Positions 24,443 to 37,719 of a stretch of DNA of 64,000 bases are shown here, piece after piece. This DNA comes from Azolla caroliniana (Eukaryota; Plantae; Polypodiophyta): assembly GCA_043228905.1 (NCBI GenBank), contig JBHGNT010000008.1, positions 15,872,001-15,936,000 of the forward strand, given 5' to 3'. Under the pieces are notes generated by a model. It was given only the letters and a program-made list of their open reading frames with translations, did not search any database and was not told the origin of the DNA. Position 1 is the first letter of the stretch; each line of letters starts with the position of its first letter. A program made the translations under genes and the position numbers.

Positions 24443-25032
24443 TGTCGTGATGATTTTCGGCTACGGTGTGAAACCGAGTGAGATGAATAAACCAAGGATG
24501 TGCAACATTGCACATACACTTAGCAAATAAGCCTAAGGCCAAGTGGCACTTGAGTTCATACAAAGGGGTGCAAGCAAGGTTTGAACCTTGCACCTCTAAG
24601 ATACAAGATGTTTGCCTTACCACTAGGACAACTATCATATAGTGTAGATTTTATGTATTTCCTTTTCATATACGAATTATAGACGAAACAACCATAGAAA
24701 ACCATGGTTCTAAACCCATGGATTGTGCATGTCATAAGCAAAACCGTGTCCCCAAAACCATGGTTGTAATGCATGAAGAGAGCTATAAAAACCCTAGTGG
24801 AGCTTGTGTAAAGGGGGGCTCAATATGTGATATCACCAACACCACTATCGTCTTTATCTTCTTCATATTTTTTCTACTTCTCAAGTGTACAATCTTTCTT
24901 CTTCTCAAGTGAAAAAATTTCATCCAATCTTACATTGATCGTCATCTCTTTGATAATTCCATGAACGTCCTCCCTAGTCCAAGACCCCGGTGGTCGTTCG
25001 AGTAGCACACGCACACGCGAATCTTCGCGACA
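24443..25032 (+). mobile_element. Solo LTR of Gypsy family G
   Basis: Starts TGTCGTGATGATTTTCG (like 44102 and rc 23021) and ends ..GACCCCGGTGG..TCTTCGCGACA. Flanks GCGT/ACAT are a possible decayed 4-bp TSD. Confidence 0.75.
24565..24638 (-). other. tRNA-derived segment (Pol III A/B-box-like) inside the solo LTR
   Basis: rc reads TAGTTGTCCTAGTGGTAAGGC (A box/D arm) ... GCAAGG-TTCAAA-CCTTGC (B box/T arm); homologous to 44741-44813. Confidence 0.6.
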
Positions 25033-26760
25033 ACATCTTGAAACATCCGTCCACTCTCGAAGGGGTGTTCGTAAATCCATAGTATAGGCCCTGTCCTTCT
25101 TGCTTAGGTAGGCGTCTTCCTCCCCATCCTCTGATCCTTTCGAGCCCGACTCCATAATAGACCCTTCATCGGCTTTGAGCTTTGTCTTCAAGATCTCGTA
25201 CAGAGGGAACCTCTTGATGATTTGGAGTTGGCAGAGTGGTCATTGCCTTGGTTTTCTTCGTTTGTTTGTTGAGTCACCAGTTTGGCCCGGTGGGTCGGTC
25301 CTACGACATCTCTGTCGATTTCGAAGGGAACCTTTTTGCCAATTTTTGGCTGGATTAGGTTGGAGAGTATTGAGTCTTCATTGAAGACTACATCACTGTT
25401 TCCGGATCAATTTCCGGTTCTCCGGATCCCATAGCCGATAGCCGAATTCCCCATCGGTTCCATAACAGAGAAACATGCAGTTTGTTGCATGGGGCGTCAA
25501 CTTGGTCCTTCTCTCCCTCAAGATGAATGCATAGACTTCGTATCCGAATATACGGAGCTTGTCGTAGGTCGGATATTTTCTTGACCATAGTGCTTGGGGC
25601 ACTTCGATCATGATTGCTTTCCATAGCGATAGATTTATTAGATAAATATTTGTCTGCAATGCTTCGGCTTGAAATTCTAGCTTTATTACGGAGTGCTGGA
25701 GTATTACCGTCACCCTCTCTTGGATTGTTCGGTTGATTCGTTCCACCACGCCATTTTGCATGGGTGTGTAAGGAACAGTATTTTGGTGTCGGATCCCTTT
25801 GTTAGACATGTATTTCTTGACGGCTCGGGAGGTGTATTCTCCTCCATTGTCGGATTGGAGTGTCTTCATTCTGTATCCTGACCAATTCTCCACTTCGGTT
25901 ATCCATCGAGTAAAACCCTTGAGCGCGTCGTCTTTCGACCTCATTGAGTAGGCCCAAACCTTTCGTGTACAATCATCTACGAATGTGATGAAGTGTTGGG
26001 TGCGTCCTAGTGATCGCTCGGGCATAGGCCCATATATATTTGTATGTACGAGCTCTAGGGGTTGTTGTACTATCTCGTAATGGAGAGTGTACGGACTTCA
26101 GGTCAGTTTCCCGTAACGACAATGCTCGCAGAAGTCGGTCTTTGCTTGGAACTTCTAGATGTAGCCGACGCCATTAGCCGGTCCAGTCCGGCTTGAGACA
26201 TATGGCCGAGTCGGCCATGCCATAAGTTCGAGTCCCGCGACTCGGCTATGTCCACGACCCCTTCTAGACTGATCACCATCAGTGGGTACAAGTTATTGTA
26301 CTTTTATCCGTTCCCGATCTTCAGATTTCCTTAGCTGATCATCCATGATGACTCATTTAGAGTTGTTCTATACTTGTCTTCGGTTAACATGCCGATGGAG
26401 ACCGAACTTGGTGCAAGGTGATAATATTGCCGTTTGGCAATTGGATGGGGACCTCTCTGATCCCTGCGAGTGCACAGTCCTACCCGTTGCCTAGTCGGAC
26501 TATGCCGCTGGCGCAGTAAGATGTGTACAAAAAACAACACAAATATGGAACAAGAAGAAAAGGAAGAAAGGTAGACGATAGACACAGTTTGAGCTTCAAT
26601 GGAAGTTCTTTGTTATTCTCTACTCTGTAACTCTTACACTCCGAGAATCAAGATTATTGTTGTTATAGTGTTAGGGTTGAGCTTATATACTTAAGTCCTA
26701 GCAAGAGGATGTGTTCACACTAAAGATACAAGTGGTAGGAGTTGGCCTTTTATGCCAACA

Positions 26761-27190
26761 CAAGGAATGTATTTTCGGACCTCAGAGTGTCCACCCTCCT
26801 GATGAGAAGCCAGCACAGATGTTGTCTTCATCTAATGTCACCCTGAGATCAATGGACTTGAGAGCTCAAGTACATGTCGGACATTGTGTTGTACTAATGT
26901 AGAGCCACCTAGGAGGTAGAGCTCTATAGTGCTGATTCCAATTTGGCACAATGTTGCAAGTTTCCGACTCTGATTGAGTTAGAATGTTGTGCATAGTGCC
27001 GAAATTGGGATCTATGAGGGGTCACATGATAGGATGCGCCTGAATCTAGGAGCCATGTGCTCGATTCCTCATATGTAAGAAAAACTTCTGATTCGACTGA
27101 GTTTTCAATGGATCGTATATTAGGGTCATTCGTCAGTCCTTCGGTCGATGAGCCGATGTAGTTGACCTCCTCCTGCCCGTTGTTGATCTG
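26761..27190 (-). mobile_element. Continuation of Copia C1 (aspartic protease region)
   Basis: WLLDSGASYHVT and NVRHV motifs; joins the 14785 segment across the TSD. Confidence 0.85.
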
Positions 27191-30100
27191 CCAACCCAAG
27201 ATTGGTTTCATTGGTTTCCCATTCTGCACCCCTTTCAATTGGTCTCGGAGCGCTTCCCTTGTTAGGTACCCCCAATTGATCATCTCCCCTTCATACATGG
27301 CTATGATGAATCATGCCCGTTGCTTGGGCATACAATAAAACTAGGGACTGATGAATACCACTTCCAAGAAAAACTTGGCGACTTCTTGAAATAATTCATC
27401 GACGTCGCCCTAAGTTTTATATGCTTTGGCCGATGGTGAATAATCGGCGAAGTATGAATTTAGGACCTCAATTTTTAGAGGATCCATGCCATCAAACCCT
27501 TCATGTTTTAGATTAAAAAATCGGCGTACCTGTTTATTCGTGATGTTGGCCACATCGATTTGCTTAATGATTTCAGAAGCTCGTGGGTGGGGTTCTACAT
27601 CTGCGAGACTGAGATAACCTTGCAAACTGTTGTTTTTCAACCATTGGCGAAGTCGGTCGGATACAGGAATCGGCATATTTTCATCTTCTGTTACTTCGGA
27701 GTTGGTGTTACTGTTGTCTGTGTTGGTCGGAGAATAGTGAAAGCGTTGCTCTGGTTGTCGGTTGCGGAAGGAGGAAGCTTAAGAATGTTGTTTGATCGCT
27801 CTGTGCGCTCTGTTCGCTTGAAATTTTTTGTGTTGTTGTGAGGCACAGAATATAGAGGAAGGGTTTTTGGTGAAAAGTTGGGCCATTTTTCGAGGAATTT
27901 AATGAGTGACAATATGCTATTAATGGCAGTGACAATTCAAATATAGTAATAATAGCTTTTAATAACCACCACTCGTAATGAATACTAAATGATTTGTTGG
28001 AATGTCCATTTATAGTCTGAAAAGGATAGTGCAAGAAGTCATCATAATAAGAATCATTTTTCGGTTATATCTTTGCCAAGTTTTTTTATTTTTTTCGTTT
28101 ATGCTTTTTATAATTTTGTCCCTCGCCACCTCACTGTGTGGTCAGCAGACTGTCGGCGTCGACTCTGACTGTGAATGGATTTTTCGGCATCGGTCCAGGA
28201 TACGGTTTAAGTCAAAATCCATTCACCCATTTCGGTATTATTTCGCCAGCTAATGTGCCTACTTGATACGTACCATTCTTATTGTTGACAATCCAAAATG
28301 GGCCTGTCTATTGCAATCTGAGTTTACCCGGCATCAAACCCATCTTTGTTTGAAATACTAAGACTGACTTGCCGACTTCAAACATCTTTTCCTTTTGTTG
28401 TCGGTGTCAGTTGACAAATGCCTTGGTTTGCCTTTGCTTTTGCTGTAATGCACACATGGCTCGGAACCGACTTTCTTCCAATACTAACAGTTGCTCCTTC
28501 TGCACTCGTTTTGACTACTCTTCATCCAATCTTTTTGTGATCTGAACCGTTAGTGTCGGAATTTGGAACTTGATTGGCATTACTACTTCCAGTCCGAATG
28601 CCATTCCAAATGGAGTCGATTTGATAACCGTCTTGTAGGAAGTATGGTATGCCCACAAAGCACTATGGAGCTTCTGATCCCAGTTTGTTCTACTCTCATT
28701 AACTATTTTTCTCAGAATCATTTGTAGTGTCTTATTTGTCAATTCGGCCAACCCATTGGCTTGAGGGTACTACGCAATACTCTTTTTATGCAGTATTGCA
28801 TAGTAAGTGGATAATCCATGGACAATTCTATTTATAAAATGAGTACCTTGATCACTTACCAGTTCTATTGGGCACCCATAATGACACCATATGTATTCAT
28901 AGAGAAATTTTGTTGTGGATGCCGTTGTGTTATCTCGAAGCGCCTTGGCTTCAACCTACTTGGTACAATGGTCGGTGGTGACAATAATGTATCAATTCCC
29001 GGTTCTTGTAACTGTCGGTTTGAATGGTTTTACAAAGTCGAGTCCCCATTTCTGGAATGGCTCGAAGGGTAATACTGGTTGATGTGGCATCCTATCCCTT
29101 TCTGTGGGTTGGCCGATTTGTTGACATAAATCACATTGTCAATAGTACTCAACTGCATCCTTTTAGGTAGTCGGCCACCATAGACCGCTATTCCAAATTT
29201 TTCTTGCCATTGTTACCGCAACATAATGTTCATCGGCAATACCGCAATGAGCCTCGTGCAAAACTGCTTGTTTTTTGAATTGTCGAACTGCACGCCGCCA
29301 TATGTCATCTGCTCCTTTATGGTATAACGTGTCATTCAGTAGACAGAAGTTCTGACTTCGAACTACTAGCCTTTTTCTTTCATCTAGTGACATTCCTTCT
29401 GGTGGCAGTCTGGTACTAAGAAAAATTGTCATTTCTGTGATCCATAAATCGGCCTTTTCATCATCCATTTTTGTGGATGCCACTTTGTCGACTTGGAAGA
29501 GTTGAGCGTCAGGAAAATCATCCTTTACTCCTGTACCTGACTCTAGCCAACTTAGATAGTCAACGACTGCATGCTATACCCCGTGGTCGGTGGATTATGT
29601 TGAATTCAAACTCATGCAATAGTAATGTCCATCGGGCCGGTTTTCCTGTTAGCTCTTGTTTTGACACTAAGTATAACAATGTCGAATGATCAACATGAAA
29701 TGTGAATTTGAGGCCCAATAGGTAATGACGGAAGCCTCGCGTTCCGTTGTCGAATAGTTGCATTCCACCGTTCATAGCTTCCGACTCGCGTAATAAACTA
29801 GTCTCTACCAATTTGACTCCGTCAGTTGCATTAAGGAATTGCCGATTGCTACACTGGATGCATCAACGAAGACATGAAACTCTTTCTCCCAATTGGGAGG
29901 TTGTACAACGGGCACCTTAGGGAGCATCTTCTTAAGACAATAGTATGCATCTTGCTCGACTATCGTCCATTGAAAAGGATGTTTCCACATCGGCTAAATA
30001 CCGAATCGTCCAACAATGCCATCTTATTTGGCCCAAAAATCTACTTAGAGCTTTGGCATTAGCCAGCGCCGACACCTCCATAAGTGCTCTTACTTTGTCG

Positions 30101-30779
30101 GGATCAATTGCAAAGCCTTCTCGATTGAGAATATGGCCAAGTAACGTACCACTCGTTACTCTGAATGCACATTTAGCAGGATTGAGACTCAAGCGTCCAT
30201 GTCAACACCTTTCTAGACACAATCGAAGATGTTCCAGATGATCGGTTTTTCTGCCATAGATTGCAAAATTGTAATTGGAGCTATTTTTAAGCCGAACATC
30301 ATGATGATTGCTACAAATACTCCCCATTCGGTGACAAATGTTGTATTTTCCTTATCCATTGGGTGCATCCGAACCCGATTATAACCACTAAATCCATCCA
30401 GAAAGCTATAAATTTCGTGGTTGGCTACTGCATCCAAAACTCCATCCGTTGTCGTGTGGTTTTACACACACGATATGAAAAATAGTAAAATAATTATTTA
30501 AGATTAGCTTAATGTATTCATATGGGAAGATAGATGTCTTCAAGAGCTTCATAATGTATTTTACTACGCATGAAATAAATAAACAAGTATAAAGTTATGT
30601 GAGTGTGAAGTTTGAAGAAAAAAAGGAAGAAAAGACAAAACTGTGAGATATCCCACATAGATAGGACAACATTGGAACCCATGATATATAACGGAAACCA
30701 AAACATATTCATTCTATCAATGTGTGGAGCACAGAATGTTCAAGGTGACTTGGGCTACATTGTGTGGTGTGGACGCTTC

Positions 30780-31300
30780 GGGTGTACGCGCGTGCGCAAG
30801 TTTTGGGCGTATGCGTGCAAGGTTTGGGTGGATGTTTCGGACGGATATGCACATGGCGCAATTGGGACGCGTGTGTGCGGATGCATACACGACACGGTCG
30901 GGATGCACACAATTGGGATGTGTACACGACGCAATTGGGACACGTGTGTGTGCGTGTGTGCGGATGCGTACACGACGCGGTTGGGATGCGTGTGTGTGCG
31001 TGTGTGCGGATACATACACGACGCGGTCGGGACGCACACAATTGGGATGTGTACACGACGCAATTGGGACGTGTGTGTGTGCGTGTGTGCGGATGCGTAC
31101 ATGGTGTGGTGCGCGTACACGATGCGGTTGGGATGCGCGTGTGTGCGGATGCATACATGACGCAATTGGGATGCGTGTGTGTGCGTGTGTGCAGATGCAT
31201 AAACGACGCATGCGTAGATGCGTACATTGCGTAGTCGGAAACTTTTGCGCGCGGACGTGTCTACGGTTCGGTTACGACGCATGTACGGATTGCGCACGGG
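30780..31300 (+). repeat. CpG-rich alternating purine/pyrimidine array in the G1 5' LTR (~129-bp higher-order unit)
   Basis: Repeated CACGACGCAATTGGGA, GTGTGTGCGGATGC and CACGACGCGGTYGGGA; 30880-31008 resembles 31009-31100. Confidence 0.85.
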
Positions 31301-31644
31301 CTAAACTTTATGGATGATTGGGTCATTTGGCCGAATTATACGGATGGTCGCATTTCAAGAATAATCTCTCTTATTCATATCGAACCCCTCCTTACATGGC
31401 TGTTGGCTCCTTTCTTTAAAAGATTTATCTCTTATTTTCATCTCCAACCCATTGTAACAAGATTCTTGAATTATAAAAGAATCTATTTTCTTATGCAATA
31501 AACTAACGTTTTCTCTCATCTACTCGTCTTATATGTGAATTTTGTTTGTGTTGTACGTGTTGCACTAAATCCTTCTAGTCTAGAACCCCGGCGGTTCCGC
31601 CTCGCGATCCGCACATAGTGACGGATTTTCACGACATAATTAAG

Positions 31645-31659
31645 TGGTGAACCCGACGT
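31645..31659 (+). promoter_or_regulatory. Primer-binding site complementary to the tRNA-Trp 3' end
   Basis: TGGTGAACCCGACGT is the reverse complement of ACGTCGGGTTCACCA, the plant cytosolic tRNA-Trp 3' end as I recall it. It lies 8 nt after the LTR. Confidence 0.75.
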
Positions 31660-31849
31660 TAAAGAGGCGGTAGGGAGGATATCAAGTGCAATGATGGCTG
31701 CCACAAGTGGAACTCAAGGAGAGGAATTAATGAAAGGCATGGTGTTCGTAGTGGAATACATGTTGAAGGTGAGAGATCGAGAAGCTTTAATCGACAAAGC
31801 TGTTGATCGTATGGTCGAGATAGTTGGATGATTTGGTGGCAAGAACATC

Positions 31850-34800
31850 ATGGATTTTCTTGCTACTTATCGGAAGGAGATGCAACAAAGGGATGTCAAT
31901 GATCTCAAACAAATTTCTAGCTTCAAACGTGTGGTGGAACCAGGGATCCGCGAGCGCGTCATGGAGATCCAAAACGAGCATGCAACTTGGGTGGAGTTCG
32001 AAAAGGCGCTTCTTGTTGAATACATGCTTGAAGACGCATCACGGATGACTCGACATATGCCAATGTCTTGGATCGAGAAGAAAGGGAAGAATATGTGTGC
32101 GTTTGGAGTATATGTCGAGTTCGACCAGAAGTATAACCGACTTCCGAGTGTTGATCAACGAGTTCTCGATGGAGATAAAGTGCTACTATTCCTGAAGGGA
32201 GTGGATACGAAAGATCAACGTGAATTGGGTAACTTTTTGGAGAATGAAACACAACCAAATGGCTTGGTAGCGGATTGGGCGGCGGTGAAGAAGGCTTGTA
32301 GTCGTCTTGATAAGCATCAACAATGGCAAGAGGAAACTGATATGGAGAATCCACAATCGTGGAGGAGGAAGGCACCTCTGACAATCGAGTCTAACAAGCC
32401 GATCAACAATTTCGACAAGAAAGCGATGGAGGAATCTATAATTGAGGAGCTCTCCAAGAAGTTTGAAGTGGTATCGCTGGCCAACTTAGGTCAACACGGG
32501 CCGAAGGGAAAAGAAGCGTATAGATGTGTGTGGTGTGACAGCTTCGATCACTCGCGAAGGGAGTGCACTGATTTGCGAGACGCAATTCGCAAGAATGTCG
32601 TCTATTTGGATGGCAACATGATCCACTTGAGCGAGACCTGGAAGCCACTACGAGTGAACCTCGGAAGAGGTGGGCTGAAAAACATCGTGGAAGAGGAAGA
32701 TGCAAGGCATGTGGAAGCCATGCACTATGCCACATCGGCGGGAATACGAGTCAGAATAGAGAATCTAAAGACGATCAAGCCGGGAGCTAGGTTTTGGCCA
32801 ACGGTATTTGAGTGTGAAAAGAAAGGAAAAATAGATTTGGAGGATCTAAAACATGCTAATCGGAATGTGCGACGAGTTACCGGATGGTCGGATCCAGTCG
32901 ACGATAACACAAGCTTTGTGGAGGTTGTGTGTGACAACTATGAAGCTCTTGTTAAAGAGAAGACGAAAAGAACCGGTGAAGAAGATGGCACATCAAAGCG
33001 TCACAATACGAGGAATGCAGGGAAAGAAGGACAAGCCCAACCTACGCCACGAAAAGAGATAGGAGAAACAAGCATGAAGCTCAGTGGATCGAGCCAACCT
33101 TCTCGGATGGAAGTCGATGAATCTGTGAAGAAAGGAAAAGAATGAGCGGTGCCGAATTACAAGCTAAGGTCGGACATAGAACAAACAACCGACTTGCGGA
33201 AGGTCCTTGAGGAGAAGGTTTTAGACAGTCATGTCAACCTTACTTTGAGAGAGCTACTTGGGATCGCTAAGAAGGAGTTCCACGATACTATCGGGGACTT
33301 GATTAAGCAGAAGCGGCAACAATTGGATGAAGAAGAGGTGAAAACAAGTGCCATAACCATGGCAAGATCGGAAGAGGAGGAGGAAGAAGAAGTGATGGCG
33401 GACAACCATTACTCTCTGCCTCATTGGGCAAGAGCGACAACGGAGATGCTGGTGAAGATTGGAGAGAAGAAAGAGACCGTGGTAGCCTTGATTGACCATG
33501 GTTCGGAGATCAACCTCATGTTGACCGAATTCTACAAGAAAGGAAGATGGTCGATCAACACAAACCACGGATGGAAGATACAAGCGGCAACGAAGGCCAT
33601 GGAAGACCTGTACGGAGCTTGTCCCAATGTTAAAGTCACGATCGGAGATGTGGAGATGGATCAACACTTCTTCGTGCAAGACTCAGCTTCACATCCCCTC
33701 ATCCTTGGAAAACCATATATCACATTGTCCCGGATGGAGACTAAGGTGTCCGATAATGGAGCGGCCTTCGCACGAGTCAAGAGCCTTGACAATCAAAGAT
33801 CTGTTCAATTCCTTACGGTGCGAGCTAATCACGAAAGGAACCAAGATAGCCTTGGAGACGAATCCTCAGATTTTTAGAGCAGACTATTGAAGTGTGGGGC
33901 ACAAATAGTCCGAGCAATCATAAGTCCCCACAAGGAAGCAAAATAAGTGGATTGCAAGGAGAAGCAACATGTGTGACACTTAGTGGCGTATGTAAACTAA
34001 CACTACTCAACAAGAAGGACAAGCGTCAGATACAAGACTTCGAGAAGATGCTGAAAGAAGAAAGCATAATCGAAGAAGAAGAATTCGTGTCTCATATTCT
34101 AGAGGAAGCCTCATTTAACGACACCATCGGCGAAATCGAGGAAGTCGTGGACTTGAGCTACCCTCATGATCAAAATGTGATTTCGGTTAACTCCGTCAAC
34201 ATGTACGCTATCATCGATGAATATCATTGAGGCATCTTGATGGAGGAAACTGAAGTCAACACAAAATATAAAACGGTGGATAAGAAGATCAAGCCAGTTG
34301 CAGTTCCACTACTGGAAGATAGCTAATAGAAGATGAAGGAAGTTGCTAATGATCCGAGCTTAAGGGATCCAAAGGCAATAGGTCATGTCTTCACCAAAGA
34401 GACGAAAGGAAAGCTACAAGTTGGAAGGGAAGATTTCCTTCTCCCTGAAGAGGAGAGAATGTTCCGCGGAATGCTTGAGAGACATGGGAAAGCCTTTTCC
34501 TTCTCTCCACAAGAGATTGGATGTGCCAACCCGAAGATGATAGAGCTGATGGTGATATTTACGGTGCCGCATGTACCTTGGAACCTCAAGCCGATACCGG
34601 TTCCAAGAGCTCACATTCCGAAGTTGATTGAGCTTCTAAAGGAAAATGTTAGGATGGGAATACTTGAGCCGTCCAATGCTCCCTACTCCAATAGATGGTT
34701 TACGGTGCCAAAGAAGAACGGGTCCTTATGCTTTATTCAAGATCTCCAACCCGTCAACAAGGTGACGATCCGAAATGCTAGAATTGGTCCAAGTGTGGAT

Positions 34801-37320
34801 GAATTTGCCGAAGCTTTTGCGGGAAGATCGATCTATTCCATTGGTGATCTCTACTCAGGCTATGATCAATTTCAATTGTCCATCAATAGTAGAGACATAA
34901 CGACAATGAGGACGCCGATCGGGTTAGTAAGGATGTGCACCTTACCCCAAGGTGCAACAAATTCCGTAGCCCACATGGTGAATGCCATGAACAAAGTGTT
35001 GAGGGATTGTATCCCTGATATCACAATGCCCTTCTTAGATGATATTCCAATCAAAGGATGCTTGGTGGAAGAAAAAGATGAATCGAAAGATGAAGATGGT
35101 TGCCGAAGATTCGTCATCGATCATATAAAGGATAATGAGAAGGTGTTGCAAAAACTTGAGGATGCAAATCTCACGTTTTCAGGAGAGAAGTCTGCATTCG
35201 GTCAACCAGAAATATTGGTAGTAGGACACTTATGTGGGTCTTATGGCCGGAAGCCATCTCCATCCAAGGTGAACGCTATTCAAAAGATGAAAGAAGAATG
35301 TGTGTCTCAAACAGAGGTGCGAAGATTCTTGGGAGCATGTGCATTCTATCACATATGGATTCCACATTATGCTCATGTCGCTAAACCATTGTATGGATTA
35401 CTAAAGAAAAGGAAGAAGTTCGAATGGGAAGATGAGCATACCTACGCGGTTCAAAAGCTAAAGAAACTATTATTGGAACCTCCGGCACTGCGAAAAGCTG
35501 ACTACACCGAAGATACCTTGATATATGTGACGGTGGATACGAGCCCAACCGGAATTGGATGGGTGATAAACCAAGAATACAAAGAAAAGAATCGGTATGC
35601 AATCTGATTCAGTGCAAAGGTGTTAACCGAAAGACAAAGGAAGTATGCCCAAGTAAAGAGAGAGTTATGGGGAATAGTATCCGCGGTTAAAACCGATTGT
35701 GACTACCTTATCGGAACAGAGGTCATAATCGAAACTGATTGTCTACCTATTCTCGGAATGATATCCGGTTGTGCTACACCGGATATTTCTATGCTGCGAT
35801 GCATTGCCTATATCAAGTCCCTCAACCCCGAGAATCGACATATAAATGGAAAGCATAATGTGGTGGCCGATATGTTGTCAAGGGCAAGGTATGAGGGTGA
35901 AGAAGATTTGCACTCCGACAAAGAAGATGTTGGCCTAAACTTCTTTACGGTTTCTTGTGCTCGGGTGCTTGCCGTGTTTAAAGTAGAAGATTATGAGGGT
36001 GAATTCATCGAAATTGGAAAGTACTTAAGGTCTCTTACAAAGGATGAATCATGGTCGGAGGAAGACTTCTACCGGATTAGGAAGAAGGCCTAGAAGTTCT
36101 TCCTCAAAGAAGGACATCTATGGAAATTTCCAAAGAAGAAGAATGGAACTCCACTTTGAGTGGTGTGGAAGAAACAAGATCAACAAACACTAATTGCTGA
36201 ATTTCATGATAGTGTGTGGGTAGGTCATCGAAGTATATGGGCAACATTTGCAAAGCTCAAGGCGAAGTATTGGTGGCCGGGTGTTTACAAAGATGTAGCA
36301 AGCTATGTTGAAACATGTGAGCAATGCCAATTATACTCGAATATTCAACATAGGGATGAACTTCATCCGACATATCCATTATCAATGCACTATAAGTGGT
36401 TGGTAGACATAGTGGTTATGCCGATGGGATTGGGGCAAATGAAATATCGCGTGCTAGCAAGAGAGGATCTCACCAACCAAGTAGAAGGACGAGCACTAAG
36501 GAATAAAACAACTTTGGCGGTTTGTAAGTTTCTCCTTGAAGATGTTATTTGTCGATACAGATGTGTTGGAAAAATAGTAGCTTATAGGGGAGAATTAGAT
36601 GCAAATGAAGCTAAAGAATTCTTTTCAAGAATAGGCGTCAAACTATCGCTCACCATGGCATACAACCCGAATGCAAATGGGAAGGTGGAACGAGGACATA
36701 GTCCGATTGTAAAAGATCTAGCAAAGGCTTGTGAGGGCAAGATGGGGAATTGGCCACGATTACTACCTTATGCATTGTGGGCTGATAGAACTACACATAG
36801 CACGACTACAGGATATATGCCGGCCGAACTTATATTAGGGCAAAAACCAATAATGCCTATCGAGCAAAGTGTTGCTTCATGGACATCTTTGCCATGGCAA
36901 GAGGAAATCAGTCGGGAAGACTTGCTAGCCACGAGGATTCAACAACTAGAACGGAGGCCCGAAGATGTCGAGTTGGCAATAGAACGGTTGCGCCAAGCTC
37001 GATTGAAGAACAAGGAGAATTTTGATAGAAAGCATCGTCTTCCACAAAGAAAAATTGAAGAAGGAGATTGGGTGCTTGTCTATGATAGTAGTCTCGATAA
37101 TCAATATAACACTGCTTGAAAGTTTGCAAAATGATGGTTTGGCCCGTATATGGTCAAGAAAATAGAAAGCATTGCAACCTATTTTTTAGCGGAGTTAGAT
37201 GGAACTCGACTTGCTTTGCCAATTGCAGGAAAAAGAATCAAGATCTTTAAGAGAAGAGAGGCCCCAAATCTTGAGATCGAAGCTCTAGATGATATAGCCT
37301 CGAACATCAAGGTTGAAAAA
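31850..37320 (+). pseudogene. gag-pol of G1, interrupted by premature stops
   Basis: ORFs 31850-33145, 33149-33877, 34333-35607, 35620-36093 and 36160-37119, separated by stop codons. Confidence 0.9.
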
Positions 37321-37719
37321 GAGTAATTAAAAGAGGAACCTCATCACAATTGGTACATACCGGTGTATGTGCAGGTTTGGTGGGGGTGAATGCCGTGTGG
37401 TTTTACACACACGATATGAAAAATAGTAAAATAATTATTTAAGATTAGCTTAAAGTATTCATATGGGAAGATAGATGTCTTCAAGAGCTCCATAATGTAT
37501 TTTACTACGCATGAAACGGATAAACAAGTATGAAGTTTGAAGAAAAAGAAAAAAAGAAAAGATAAAACTATGAGATATCCCACATAGATAGGACAACATT
37601 GGAACCCAGGATATATAAGGGAAACTAAAACATATTCATTGTATGAATGTGTGGAGCACAAAATGTTCAAGGTGACTTGGGCTACATTGTGTGGTGAGGA
37701 TGCTTCGGGCATTCGTGTG

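Larger units (their letters stand above)
14786..26760 (-). mobile_element. Ty1/Copia (family C2) nested in C1: 3' LTR 14786-15073, truncated 5' LTR ~26512-26760, post-protease/integrase remnant ~25390-26511; hosts further insertions
   Basis: Direct repeats at 14825-15073 and 26512-26760. TSD CAAGT (14781-14785) / CAAGG (26761-26765); removing the insert restores the host frame KIHSLYPLYV. PPT-like AACTCCCCCG follows 15073. Integrase motifs FVDDCTRK, SDNGGEY and QNGVVER. Confidence 0.8.

Noticed and set aside
30612-31317. Long overlapping Cys/His/Val/Arg-rich ORFs in all six frames (also 37344-38637)
   Set aside because: Artefacts of stop-poor tandem arrays inside LTRs.
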